Assembly (NCBI GenBank): GCA_028826165.1
Contig: JAPDFW010000011.1
Coordinates: forward strand, 744,001 to 808,000
Direction: 5' to 3'
Length of the DNA: 64,000 nt
Source: Anaeramoeba ignava BMAN
Taxonomy: Eukaryota; Protista; Anaeramoebae
Part shown: piece by piece, positions 1 to 12,453 of the stretch
Layout of the letters: the number at the start of each line of letters is the position of its first letter
How positions within the stretch are numbered: the first letter of the stretch is position 1
Program-made: the position numbers and the translations under genes
The notes under the pieces: model-generated
Databases searched by the model: none
Told to the model about the DNA's origin: nothing
Seen by the model: only the letters and a program-made list of their open reading frames with translations

Positions 1-32
1 TTCATTTTTTGCTTCAACATCTTGGAAACCAG

Positions 33-776
33 AATTAAAATCAGAATTAGAATTAAAATTAAAATTAAATTCAAAATCAAAATTAAAAATTAAAATTAAA
101 ATTAAAATTAAATTCAAAATCAAAAATTAAAATCAAAATCAATATTAAAATTAAAATCAAAATTAAAATTAAAATTAAAATTAAAATCAAATTAAAATTA
201 AAATTAAAATTAAAATTAAAATTAAAATCAAAATTAAAATTAAAATCAAAATTAAAATCAAAATTAAAATTAAAATTAAAATTAAAATTAAAATTAAAAT
301 TAAAATTAAAATCAAAATTAAAATTAAAATTAAAATCAAAATTAAAATTTAAAATCAAAATTAAAATTAAAATTAAAATTATAATTAAAATTAAAATTGA
401 ATTAAAATTAAAATCAAATCAAAATTAAAATCAAAATTAAAATTAAAATTAAAATTAAAATTAAAATTGAAATTAAAATTATAATTAAAAATTAAAATTA
501 TAAATTAAAATTAAAATTAAATTAAAATTAAAATTAAAATCAAAATTAAAATTAAAATCAAATCAAAATTAAAATTAAAATTAAAATTAAAATTAAAATT
601 AAAATTAAAATTAAAATTAAAATTAAAATTAAAATTAAAATTAAAATTATAATTAAAATTAAAATTAAAATTAAAATTAAAATTAAAATTATAATTAAAA
701 TCAAAATCAAAATCAAAATCAAAATTAAAATTAAAATTAAAATTAAAATTAAAATTAAAATTAAAATTAAAATCAA
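33..776. repeat. (AAAATT/AAAATC)n hexamer microsatellite, intergenic
   Basis: Directly visible degenerate hexamer array; source of the ILIL/NFNF pseudo-ORFs. Confidence 0.95.
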
Positions 777-831
777 AAAGAAAAAAAATTTTTTTTTAAA
801 TTTTCATTTTTTCATTTTTTTCTTTCTTAAA

Positions 832-3033
832 ATGAAAAAATTAAATGATATTATCTTTGCAGGAGATAATCAAACCATTTCAATTTTACCAAATAACAAA
901 AGAAAAATCAAAAGATTCACCAAAATCAAAATTTCAGACACAAAACAAATTAAACAAATTTCATCAAGTCAATTTTCAACAATTTTCCTTTTTGAAAATG
1001 GAGAAGCAATAGAATATTTAAATAAAAAATTTTCTCTTACGAATCCTCAAAGAATCCCAATCAAAAACATCATAAAAGTATCAGCTGGTTGTGATAATGA
1101 AGTTGTTTTATCATCAGAAGGAAATGCATTTGCAAAAGGAAAAGATATAAATAAAAAAAAGCGGAACACATTTTATAAGATTTCTGAAATGATACCTGAT
1201 CAAAATGATAGAATAATTAAAGATGCTGTTTGTGGAGGTTATTCAGTTTATTTATTAACTGAAAAAGGAAATGTTTATGGAATTGGTGGAAATTATCATG
1301 GCCAACTTGCTCAAGATTCACCAATAGATATCAAAAAACTAATTTTAGTCAACAAAAATGTCTCTAAAATATTTACAGGAAGTAATTCTAAATCTGTGTT
1401 TTTTTTAAATGAAAATCAAGAGTTATTTTGTTGTGGAGACAATAGTTTCAATAAATTAGGCATCGGAAACAAAAAAGACAAACAAGCAAAAATAAGAAAA
1501 GTTGAAAATGTTCCAAAAGGCAAAATAATTGATATTCAATGTGGGGATTTCCATAGTTTATTATTGATGGAAGTGAAAGAAAAAGAATTCATAAGTGAAA
1601 GTGAAAATGAAAATGAAAATGAAAAAGAAAATCAAAAAGAATATGAATATACAACAAGAAAAATTTATTCATGTGGATATTATAAATACAATGGCCATGA
1701 TAGCAGTGATGATAAATTATATAAAGGTGAAAATACTGTAAACAAATTTGCTGAACTTAAATTATTTTTAGAAGATGATACTTATCCTAGTAAAATCACA
1801 ATCGGAGAAAGACACAGTTTGATTTTAACTTCAAATGGGAAATTGTATACATTTGGTGAAAATCTTTTTGGTCAATTAGGAACAGGAACTAGTAGTTCAG
1901 AACCATGTCCTAGAAAAATCAAAATTCCTGAGTTAGCATTTAATGAAGATATTTCAAATTATCATGTTGTATGCGGTACTTATACTTCATTTATTTATTA
2001 TTCTCCTTCTCTATCCTCTTCTAATCTTGAAGAAGATTTGATAAAATTATTTAGAAGAAAAGAATTTTGTGATATTTCATTTAAAACCAAAAATGAAGAA
2101 ATAATTGAAGCTCATAAATTAATATTAAAATATAGATTAAATCAAAATCAAAATCAAAATGAAATTGAAAAACTTAAAGAAATTATTTCAAATAAATCAA
2201 TTAAAGAATCAAATCAAATATTTGAAATGATTTATTCAAACAAAATAATAAATCCAAAATTATATTCTGAAATTAAAGAAATTATAAATTCAAATGAAAA
2301 AATAGAAGAAACAATGAAAAGAATTTATTTAAATGAAAATGAAAAAGATTTTATAATTGAAAGAAATGAAAAACAATATAAATTCCCAAAATTAATATTA
2401 ATAATGAGAAGTGAATTATATCGAGGAATGTTTTTATCTGTAACAGAAGATAAATCTAATAAAGTTACAGATTATGGTGAATTAAGTGATAAATCATTTC
2501 AAATATTAGAATATTGGATTTATTCAAATCAAATTAAAGAAGAAATTGAAATTACAGAAGAAATGATTGATGAAATTAAAATTGGAATTGATTATTTTCA
2601 ATTAAATCAAATAAATCCAAATTTATTGGATTTATTAATTAATCAATTTAAGAAACAAAATCCAGATTTACAAGAAATTTCTGATGAAAGTGAAGATTCA
2701 TTTCAAAATGATAATGAAAGTGATAGTGATGATGATCAACCTTCGCCATATTCTGGTATATATAATGCTCTTCATAAACACAATGATAGTGATAGTAATA
2801 GTGATCCAGAATATCAATCAATGGTTTTTGATTTATATCTTAAAGAACTTCAAAACAAATGTCGAAATCTCAAACTAACATCATTTCAAAATTCGAATCC
2901 AACTCCAATTCCACAATCAAATCAAAAACCAAAACCTAAACCAAAATCAAAACCAAAACCAAAACCGAAAAAAAAACCTAAACCAAAATCGAAAAAAAAA
3001 TCAAAATCGAAAAAAAGACCCAAAAAAAAATAA
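832..3033 (+). CDS. RCC1-repeat + BTB/POZ domain protein (putative Cullin-3 substrate adaptor) with acidic and K/P-rich C-terminal tail
   Basis: 733-aa ORF; RCC1 repeats (GNVYGIGGNYHGQL, IQCGDFHSLLL, GKLYTFGENLFGQLG); BTB-like segments FCDISF...IEAHKLIL and KDFII...FPKLILIMRSELYRGMF. Confidence 0.88.
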   Translation: MKKLNDIIFAGDNQTISILPNNKRKIKRFTKIKISDTKQIKQISSSQFSTIFLFENGEAIEYLNKKFSLTNPQRIPIKNIIKVSAGCDNEVVLSSEGNAFAKGKDINKKKRNTFYKISEMIPDQNDRIIKDAVCGGYSVYLLTEKGNVYGIGGNYHGQLAQDSPIDIKKLILVNKNVSKIFTGSNSKSVFFLNENQELFCCGDNSFNKLGIGNKKDKQAKIRKVENVPKGKIIDIQCGDFHSLLLMEVKEKEFISESENENENEKENQKEYEYTTRKIYSCGYYKYNGHDSSDDKLYKGENTVNKFAELKLFLEDDTYPSKITIGERHSLILTSNGKLYTFGENLFGQLGTGTSSSEPCPRKIKIPELAFNEDISNYHVVCGTYTSFIYYSPSLSSSNLEEDLIKLFRRKEFCDISFKTKNEEIIEAHKLILKYRLNQNQNQNEIEKLKEIISNKSIKESNQIFEMIYSNKIINPKLYSEIKEIINSNEKIEETMKRIYLNENEKDFIIERNEKQYKFPKLILIMRSELYRGMFLSVTEDKSNKVTDYGELSDKSFQILEYWIYSNQIKEEIEITEEMIDEIKIGIDYFQLNQINPNLLDLLINQFKKQNPDLQEISDESEDSFQNDNESDSDDDQPSPYSGIYNALHKHNDSDSNSDPEYQSMVFDLYLKELQNKCRNLKLTSFQNSNPTPIPQSNQKPKPKPKSKPKPKPKKKPKPKSKKKSKSKKRPKKK

Positions 3034-3737
3034 ATTCAATAAGCAAATTCAAATTCAAATTCAAATTCAAATTCAAAATCAAAATCAAATTCAAATTCAA
3101 ATTCAAATTCAAATTCAATAAGCAAAAAATAAATTTAAAAAGCAAAAAATAAATTTAAAAAGCAAAAAATAAATTCAAATTCAAATTCAATAAGCAAAAT
3201 TAAATTTAAAAAGCAAAAAATAAATTCAAATTCAAAATCAATAAGCAAAATCAAATTCAAAAAATAAATTCAAATTCAAATTCAAAATCAAAATCAAATT
3301 CAAATTCAAATTTAAAAAGCAAAAAATAAATTTAAAAAGCAAAAAATAAATTTAAAAAGCAAAAAATAAATTCAAATCAAATTTAAAAAGCAAAAATTAA
3401 ATTTAAAAAGCAAAAAATAAATTCAAATTCAAATTCAATAAGCAAAATCAAATTCAAAAAATAAATTCAAATTCAAATTCAATAAGCAAAAATTAAATTC
3501 AAAAAATAAATTCAAATTCAAATTTAAAAAGCAAAAAATAAATTCAAATTCAAATTCAATAAGCAAAATCAAATTCAAAAAATAAATTCAAATTCAAATT
3601 CAATAAGCAAAAAATAAATTCAAATCAAATTTAAAAAGCAAAAATTAAATTCAAAAAATAAATTCAAATCCAAATTCAAATCAAATTTAAAAAGCAAAAA
3701 ATCAAATTCAAAAAATTAAAATTAAATTTAAAAAGCA
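3034..3737. repeat. Composite minisatellite of AAATTC and AAAAGCAAAAAATAAATT/AATAAGCAAAA units
   Basis: Visible tandem units between the two RCC1-BTB genes. Confidence 0.9.
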
Positions 3738-3779
3738 AAGTTTTTGCTTTTTTTTTTTTCATTTTTTTCTTTTTAAAAA

Positions 3780-5559
3780 ATGGCAAAAACAATTTCAATT
3801 AACCAAAAAAATCAAATTATATTTTTTGGTGAGAATGAAAAACCAAAACTTATCAAAAATGAACCAAATGAAATAATAAACCCAATTCAATTTGAATTTG
3901 AAAATGAAAATGAAAATGAAAATGAAAAACAAATTAAACAAATTTCAACAGGTTATTTTTCAACAATTTTCCTTTTTAAAAATGGAAAAGCAATAGAATA
4001 TTTAAATAAAAATGATTCAAATCAAAATCCTCGAAAAAATCCAAATTGAAAATATTCAAAAAGTATCTGTTGGTTATTACAATGAAGCTATTTTAACAAT
4101 AGAAGGAAATGTATTTGCTAAAGGAGATGAAATTAATCCAAATAATCCAAAAGAATTTATCAATATTTCATCATTAATTGAAGATAAAAATGATAGAATA
4201 ATTGAAGATATTTTTGTGGAGCTAGTTCAATTTACTTATTAACTTCAAATCAAAATGTTTATGGAATTGGTTCAAATGAATATGGTCAACTTGGTATTGA
4301 TTCTGAAACACTTGAACAAACAGAAAAACCAATTTTAATGATGAAAAATGTTTCTAAAATATTTTTAGAAAATTCTTCAAATCATGTTTTTCTTTTAAAT
4401 TCAAATCAAGAATTATTTGGATGTGGATTTAACAGTTATGGTCAACTTGGCTTAGGAGAATCAAATGCAGAATCAGAAATTAATAAATTAACCAAAATCC
4501 AAAATGTTCCAAAAGGCAAAATAATTGATATTAAAGGTGGTGATTATCATTCAATAATGTTGATTGAAAATCAAAATGAAAAATCCAAAAAGAAAACTTT
4601 ATTCATGCGGAGATTCGGAATCTAATGGACTTGGCAAAAGATGAAAAGACTTATGAATTTACTGAAATCAAATCATCTTTATTTGAAGATGATGATAATA
4701 TTCTTGAATTTTCTGTTGGAAGTTATCATACTTTGATTTTAACTTCCAATTCAAAATTGATTGGATTTGGAAATAATTCTAATGGTCAATTAGGAACTGG
4801 AGATACAAAAGATCAATTGATTCCAATTCAAATTGAACTTTTTGAATTTTTACTTGATTACGATCTTTCCAATTATCATGTTTCTTGTGGAGCTTTCAAT
4901 TCATTTCTTTATTATTCTCCTTCTTCTTTATCCAATCTTGAAGAAGATTTGATAAAACTATTTAGAAGAAAAGAATTTTGCAATATTTCATTTAAAACAG
5001 AAAATGGAGAGATAATTTCAGCTCATAAATTAATATTGAAATATAGATTAAAAGATGAAAATCAAATTGAAGAACTTCAAGAAATTATTTCAAAAAATCA
5101 ATTAAAGAATCAAATCAAATATTTGAAATGATTTATTCAAACAGAATCATAGATCCAATATTATATTTCGAAATTAAAGAAATTATAAATTCAAATGAAA
5201 AAATTGAAGAAACAATGAAAAGAATTTATTTAAATGAAAATGAAAAAGATTTTATAATTGAAAGAAAAGAAAAACAATATAAATTTCCTAAATTAATATT
5301 AATAATGAGAAGTGAATTATATCGAGGAATGTTTTTATCTGTAACTGAAGATACTTCTAATAAAGTTACAGATTATAGTGAATTAAGTAATAAATCATTT
5401 CAAATATTTGAATATTGGATTTATTCAAATCAAATTAAAGAAGAAATTCAAATTACACAAGAAATTATTAATGAAATTCAAAAAGGAATTGATTATTTTC
5501 AATTAAATCAAACAAATCCAAATTTATTTGATTTATTAATTAGCAAATTTAATAATTAA
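3780..5559 (+). CDS. Second RCC1-repeat + BTB protein, broken into five ORFs by frameshifts (assembly errors or pseudogene)
   Basis: ORFs 3780-4049, 4012-4242, 4338-4625, 4625-5131 and 5128-5559 are colinear with the 832-3033 protein; breaks lie at or near A/T homopolymers. Confidence 0.8.
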
Positions 5560-6612
5560 AATTAAAATTAAAATTAAAATTAAAATTAAAATCAAAATCA
5601 AAATTAAAATTAAAATCAAAATCAAAATCAAAATTAAAATTAAAATTAAAATTAAAATCAAAATTAAAATTCAAAATAAAAATCAAAATTAAAATTAAAA
5701 TCAAAATTAAAATCAAAATTAAAATCAAAATTAAAATTAAAATTAAAATCAAAATCAAAATCAAAATCAAAATTAAAATCAAAATCAAAATCAAAATCAA
5801 AATCAAAATTAAAATTAAAATTAAAATCAAAATTAAAATTAAAATTATAATTAAAATTAATATTAAAATTAAAATTAAAATTAAAATCAAAATTAAAATC
5901 AAAATCAAAATTAAAATCAAAATCAAAATTAAAATTAAAATTAAAATCAAAATTAAAAATCAAAATCAAAATCAAAATCAAAATCAAAATTAAAATTAAA
6001 ATCAAAATCAAAATTAAAATTAAAATTAAAATCAAAATCAAAATCAAAATCCAAAATTAAAATTAAAATCAAAATTAAAATTAAAATTAAAATTAAAATT
6101 AAAATTAAAATTAAAATTAAAATCAAAATTAAAATTAAAATTAAAATCAAAATCAAAATTAAAATCAAAATCAAAATTAAAATCAAAATTAAAATCAAAA
6201 TCTAAATTAAAATTAAAATCAAAATCAAAATTAAAATTAAAATTCATTTATAAAATTAAAATTAAAATCAAAATTAAAATCAAAATTAAAATTAAAATTA
6301 AAATTAATATTAAAATCAAAATTAAAAATTAAAATCAAAATCAAAATCAAAATTAAAATTAAAATCAAAATTAAAATTAAAATTAAAATCAAAATTAAAA
6401 TCAAAATTAAAATCAAAATTAAAATTAAAATTAAAATTAAAATTAAAATCAAATCCAAAATCAAAATTAAAATCAAAATTAAAATTAAAATTAAAATTAA
6501 AATCAAAATCAAAATCAAAATCAAAATTAAAATCAAAATCAAAATTAAAATTAAAATCAAAATCAAAATCAAAATCAAAATTAAAATTTAAATTAAAATC
6601 AAAATTAAAATC
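5553..6612. repeat. (AAAATT/AAAATC)n microsatellite, intergenic
   Basis: Visible array. Confidence 0.95.
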
Positions 6613-6669
6613 CAAAAAATATTTTTCATTTTTCATTTTTCATTTTTTTTTTCTTTCTTCTTAATAAAA

Positions 6670-8811
6670 ATGAATTCAAATAACCCCTTTGAATTTCAAG
6701 AAAAACATAATCAAATTTATAATTTTTTTCTTGGAGCAATGGGAAAAAGACAAGACAAAGTGGATAAAAAATATCAACAATATTGTGCATCAGTTCAAAA
6801 TTTACTTTTAAAAAAGAAATGGGGATCAAATGTAAAAAATGAATAGAAAAAATGACAACAAAAATTAAAACAATTTTTTTTTTACTTTCATTAATAAATA
6901 GACGATAATCAAAACCCAAAATCAATCAATCACTTCCAAAATCTTCTTCTCACGAGACTTTATAAAATTAGTTTTATTTAATGAAAATGGAGAAAAAACA
7001 ACTCGAAATTTTTCCTATAAACAAATAATCATTTCAAAAGATAAAAATGATGAAAATTCCCTTCAACTTCAAACAGACACATCAGGAAGAATTCACATCC
7101 AATTTGAGTCACCAACTCAGCGCAATTTGGTTGCTGAGTACTATTTTATTGTCAGAGCATCAATGCTCATTCAATCCAAATTGGAATTAATTGAAGAAAT
7201 TTCGAATGAAACTCTTCTATTTGGTAAAACAAAATTTTAATTCATTTTTGCCAATCCAACAAAATTTTTCCCAAATTCCAAAAAAAAAATTTGTTTCTTT
7301 TTTTTTTCTTTTTCTTAAATATTCATTTCTTCAAATTGTTTTTAACACAGAAAATGATTTTTTAAATGGAATTGTTATTTATCAATGGGGAATGAAAAAA
7401 AATGTCTTTCAAATTCTTCAAATTGAAAATGGATTAAAAAAAAACGCAGAAATCACATTGAAAAAAAACGATATCATCATTTTAATGCAAGAAAAAAAGC
7501 AAAAAATCCCAACATCATTAAAAAACAAAGTAGAATTTATAAAAAAGAAAAGAAAAGAAAATAAGAAATAAGAAATACATTTTGAATGATAAATTTTTAA
7601 CATTTTTTTTTAGTTGTTTCTTCACAAATCAAATGCTCAACGATTTGTGTTGCTTTCTCAAGGAAAATCGCTAGAATTTGAATGCAAAACTGGGAAATCA
7701 AGAGATTTCGTAGTTTCATTAATTTCCCTATTTTTAAAACTTCCCTCAAATTCATCCAAAAAAATATTTGATTCTGATGGAGAATTTCGAATCAATTTCG
7801 CAAAACTTTTTCAACCATCAAATTATTCAAATGTTGATAATAAACAACATGTTATTAACGAAATGAGGAATATTATTTACTCTCGTTATTTCAAGAAGCA
7901 AGTGAATTTTTTTATTGAAAAAATACCTGGAATGATTATTATGACAGATGATGGAATTCAGTTGATTTTTAATCAAAACCATCAAATCAAAAGAAAATTT
8001 GAAAATTGCTCTTTATTTTTTAACAGAAAAGATTTATCTGTTCTTTTAATTGAAATATTCGTAACTTTTTTATTTCAAAGAAGAAAAGAAGAAAGAAGAA
8101 AGAAGAAATAAAATTGTTTGTTTTTTTTTTTTTAGGATTCACCAATTATTAAAAGAATTACATTTTGTACAGATGAAAAACAAGATACAGATTTGATTGT
8201 GAATGTTTTCTTTTTTTTTAAATTATCTCAAAAATATGTAAAAAGCAAAAAAAAAATTTGAACTAGCAAAAAAAAATTTTATTTTATTTATTCCAACTTA
8301 ATTTTAGGATAATTTTGTTTGGCATGAAGAAATGATTTGTACATTAGATTATGAAATGATTGAAATGTTTTATGGACAATCCAATACAGTTGAAATTACA
8401 CCAATATCAATTGGACCAGAAAAACTTCTCAAAAGATCAGATACATTAAAAACTGATCGACAAAAATTCACATTTATCAGTGAAAGAAAAAGATTATATT
8501 CCAAAAGAATTCAACTTAAACTTTTTCTTCATAAAACTCAAGTCAATTCATTTGATGATAACGCGATACTTTCATTTGAATCTGGTTTTTTAACAGTTAT
8601 TATTCATAACAAGACTGTTTTGAATTATTTAATCAAACCTGATTTAGAAATTCAAAATTATCTTGAGAACGCAATGAATATTTTGATTTTTAGTGTTCCT
8701 GATACTTTTGAATTAAAAATTTATGATTTTTCTGATGAATTTATTGAAATGAAAAACGAAGTTAGAAAAACAATTTCAAAATTACTTTCAAAAGAAGATG
8801 AAGATTTTTGA
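6670..8811 (+). CDS. Multi-exon hypothetical protein, possibly with tandem PH-like modules
   Basis: ATG at 6670 (MNSNNPFEFQ) after TCATTTT motifs; GT..AG-bounded exons include one starting at 6902 and ORFs 7614-8111 and 8332-8811; recurring strand-helix ends (IQFESPTQRNLV, LEFECKTGKSRDFVV). Confidence 0.6.
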
Positions 8812-8892
8812 ATGAATAAAAATCAAAATCAAAATCAAATCAAAATAGATTCTTTTGTTCTTTTTGTTTTTTTTTTTTGATAATTAAAAAAT

Positions 8893-11800
8893 TCAATCTT
8901 TTTGTTGACCCAAATATGTTAAATCTTGTGTGAAAAAAATATTTTTTGGAAGTAAAATTAAATTCCAATTCTTTGTTGGATATTGAAGAAGATCAATTTC
9001 TGAAGAAAACATAAAACGAATATCATATCTCAAATAATCAACTAAATGTGGTTTTTCGGTTTGATTTTCAAGTTGCATTCTTTTTAACTTTTCTAAAGGA
9101 AAAGGATTTGGATCAAATCTAATTTAAAAAAAAAATAATAACGGAAAAAAATGTGTCAAAATTTTTTCTTTTTTTAAAAAAATAAATAAAAAAATAAAAA
9201 ATACCGATCTGGTGTGAAATTTGATAATAATGTTGAAATATCTGATGCTTTAAGTGATGGAAATGATTCTTGCAAATTGACTTTATTTGTTTCTGAATCT
9301 GATAAAATTATCTGTTTTATTGTTATAAGTTTTGCACCTTCGAAAATTTGTGAGAGTTCGATACTAAATTTAAATTTAAAAATTAAATTGAAATGAATTA
9401 AATTGAAATGAATTAAAAATTTGTTTCCTATTTACTCAATCTTTTCAAGATTTGCTTTTGTGAGCCAAGTTGATAAATCCAACAAAGCCAACCGAATTTG
9501 GAAACAATTGCTAATTGTGCAAAGTTCATTTCTTTGCAACAACGAATTAAATAAAACTCGATTAATATAACAAAAAATTTGCCTAAAAATCAACAGAATA
9601 ATATCAGATTTGATTTTATTATCTTGAAGCAAATTGAAAAATTTTTCGATGATATGAATTGGAGTTCGAGTTGAAATTTTCACTTTTGATGGTTGATATT
9701 GTTCTAAAAAAGCAGAAACTAAAAGTGGTTTCAATTCCTTTTGCACATTTTCAATTATAAAAATTAAACTTTGCGAAATTAACAAGTAAAGCTTTTTCTG
9801 CAAATATTTTTCAATTTCTTCCTGTGGTTTAGCTTTTGATTTCTCTTCTTTTTTTTTAGTTTTCGTTTTTTTGTTCAAAATTAAAGTTGTTATTTCTGTG
9901 CTTGACAAATTCGGAAGTGAAAATTGTTTCATCAAGATGGAATTTAGAAAAATGGTGTTAGACAAACTCCAGATCAGAATTGGTGTATTCCTTTGGTTTG
10001 TTAAAATAAACTTTTTCAAAGAATCAATAAACTCCGAAGCAATCAAATGTGAGTTGATATTTTTTTTTGGATCGAAAACCTGCCAATAAACCAAGAATTT
10101 ATAAAACAAACAACTTGGAAGTGGTCTTTCCTTATCAAATAAATTAGTTTGAAAATAAAGAAGGCTTTGAATTAAACTTTTTGCATGCAAAATAATTTTA
10201 ATGGTAGAAATTTGCTTTTCCAAACTTAAAATTTCTTGATTTTGATTATGAATTATTATTAACTGACTTTTCATATTTTCATTCTCTTTTTTGCTTGTTT
10301 CTTGCCAAAATTGTTCCACTTCCATTTTTTTAATTGAAATTGTTCGTAATTGCAGTTTTCTATTTCTTAATTCTTCCTTTTTTTTTCTTTCCAATTGTTG
10401 TTTTTCAATTTCCTTTTGTTTTTTTTTTCTTTCCAATTCTTGCTTTTGGAAAATTCTGTTTTTTTGGTGTTTTGCTAAGTATTCTTTTTTTAACTGTATT
10501 TGTCTTTCTTGTTGTTTTTGTTTGATTTCATTTCTTTGTGAATCCGAAAGGTTTTCTTCTTGAGAACTTAAGTTGTTGATTTTTTGGATCAGATCATTAT
10601 TTTGTTTTGAAATACCATCTTTTTGCATTTTGAAAGGTTGTAAGACATCTTCCCATTCTAAATCTTCATCTATTATCTATATAATTTAATAAATGAATTT
10701 TAATTTTAATTTTAATTTTATAAATGAATTTTAATTTAATAAATGAATTTTAATTTTAATTTTGATTTTAATTTTAATTTTAATTTTAATTTTAATTTAA
10801 ATTTTAATTTTAATTTTAATTCAATTTTAATTTCAATTTTAATTTTGATTTTAATTTTATAAATGAATTTTAATTTTAATTTTATAAATGAATTTTAATT
10901 TTAATTTTATAAATGAATTTTAATTTTGATTTTAATTTGAATTTTAATTTTAATTTTATAAATGAATTTTAATTTAATAAATGAATTTTAATTTTTAAAA
11001 CTACAAACTTGATGATCAGGTCTTAATACATCAATAAAATCACTATAGTCATCCTGATTAAAAATATCTTTTTTATTTTCATTATCTTGTTCAGCAGTTG
11101 AAATCACTTCTGAATATTCTTCATCAGAAGAATTTAATTCATTTAAATTTAAATTGTTAATGTATTGTTGAATTTTTTCTTGAATTTCTGGTAATTTCAT
11201 TAAAGAAGGAATATTTCTTAAATTAAAATCTGGATAAATTTTTAAGCAAATTAATAATTTTGGTTGATTTTTATGCTTTAATTGACTTTTGATTGAAATT
11301 GGAAAATCTGGAAAAATTGGTTCAGGTGATGCTATATATTCAATTAGATTAAATTTCACTGTTCCAATACATTTTGTTTTGGAGATTTTTGGTTGCTAAA
11401 AAAAAGAATATAAATATAAATATTTAAAATATATAAATATAAATATTTAAAATATATAAATATAAATATATAAATATAAATATAAATATAAATATAAATA
11501 TAAATATAAATATAAATATAAATATAAATATAAATATAAATATAAATATAAAATAAATTATAAATATAAATATAAATATAAATATAAATATAAATATAAA
11601 ATATAAAATATAAATATAAATATAAAATAAATATAAATATAAATATAAAAATATAAATATTTAAAAATAAAATAAAATATTTAAAATATATAAATATAAA
11701 TATAAATATTTAAAAAATATATAAATATAAATATAAAATATAAATATAAATATTTAAAATATATAAAAATATAAATATAAATATTTAAAATATATAAATA

Positions 11801-12329
11801 TAAATATAAAAATATAAATATAAATAAATAAAAAATATATATAAATATAAATATTTAAAATATATAAATATAAATATTTTAAAATATATAAAAAATATAA
11901 ATATAAATATTTAAAATATATAAATATAAATATTTAAAATATATAAATATAAATATAAATATTTAAAATATATAAATATAAATATAAATATTTAAAATAT
12001 ATAAATATAAATATAAATATAAATATAAATATAAATATAAATTGTTCTTGATTTGTATTTGATTTATTTACAATAAAAAGTCGAAGAGAAACCATGATTT
12101 TTTCAAAACTTTGAGTTCTTTTTTTATGGAAAATAGTTAAAGGAATTCTAAATTCTTCAGACCAATTAACAATTCCTTGTTTTGTAATTGATTTATGTTG
12201 AGTTGCACCTTTTGATTTTCCACTTTTCCAATCAATAAATGCATTTCCACATTTTGAAGCAATTCCAGAAACTGCAACTATTACTAAACAAGCAATACCT
12301 TGTGATTTTTTTTTGATAATTTGAGTCAT
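8893..12329 (-). CDS. NT-C2 (EEIG1/EHBP1-type) + coiled coil + Dilute (DIL) domain protein, multi-exon
   Basis: Exon 1 (12329-12072): IDWKSGKSKG...VNWSEEFRIPLTIF...FEKIMVSLRL, typical of NT-C2; 9432-10628 has a K/E/Q coiled coil and the DIL signature RQIFCYINRVLFNSLLQRNELCTISNCFQIRLALLDLSTWL. Confidence 0.82.
11408..12040. repeat. (TAAATA)n microsatellite filling intron 1 of the NT-C2/DIL gene
   Basis: Visible array between donor (12071) and acceptor (11396). Confidence 0.9.
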
Positions 12330-12406
12330 AATTTGAGTTAAAAAATGAAAATTAAAAAAATGAAAAATAAAAAAATTAAAAATTAAAAAATATTTTCAAA
12401 TTTTAT

Positions 12407-12417
12407 TATAAATAACC
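12407..12417 (+). promoter_or_regulatory. TATAAATAACC upstream element of the tRNA genes (also at 12824, 13419, 14568)
   Basis: Same motif 47-57 nt upstream of all four tRNA 5' ends; a TATA-like Pol III element is inferred. Confidence 0.55.
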
Positions 12418-12453
12418 CTCTTTATCAAAAATTTTTAATTAAAAATAATTTAA

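Noticed and set aside
83-776. Many ORFs of [22 protein letters not shown] type (also 5549-6636, 13027-15181, 16039, 34190-35217, 40495-41385, 52355-52791, 54558, 55430-55889)
   Set aside because: They are translations of stop-free AT microsatellites, mostly with non-ATG starts, lying in introns or spacers
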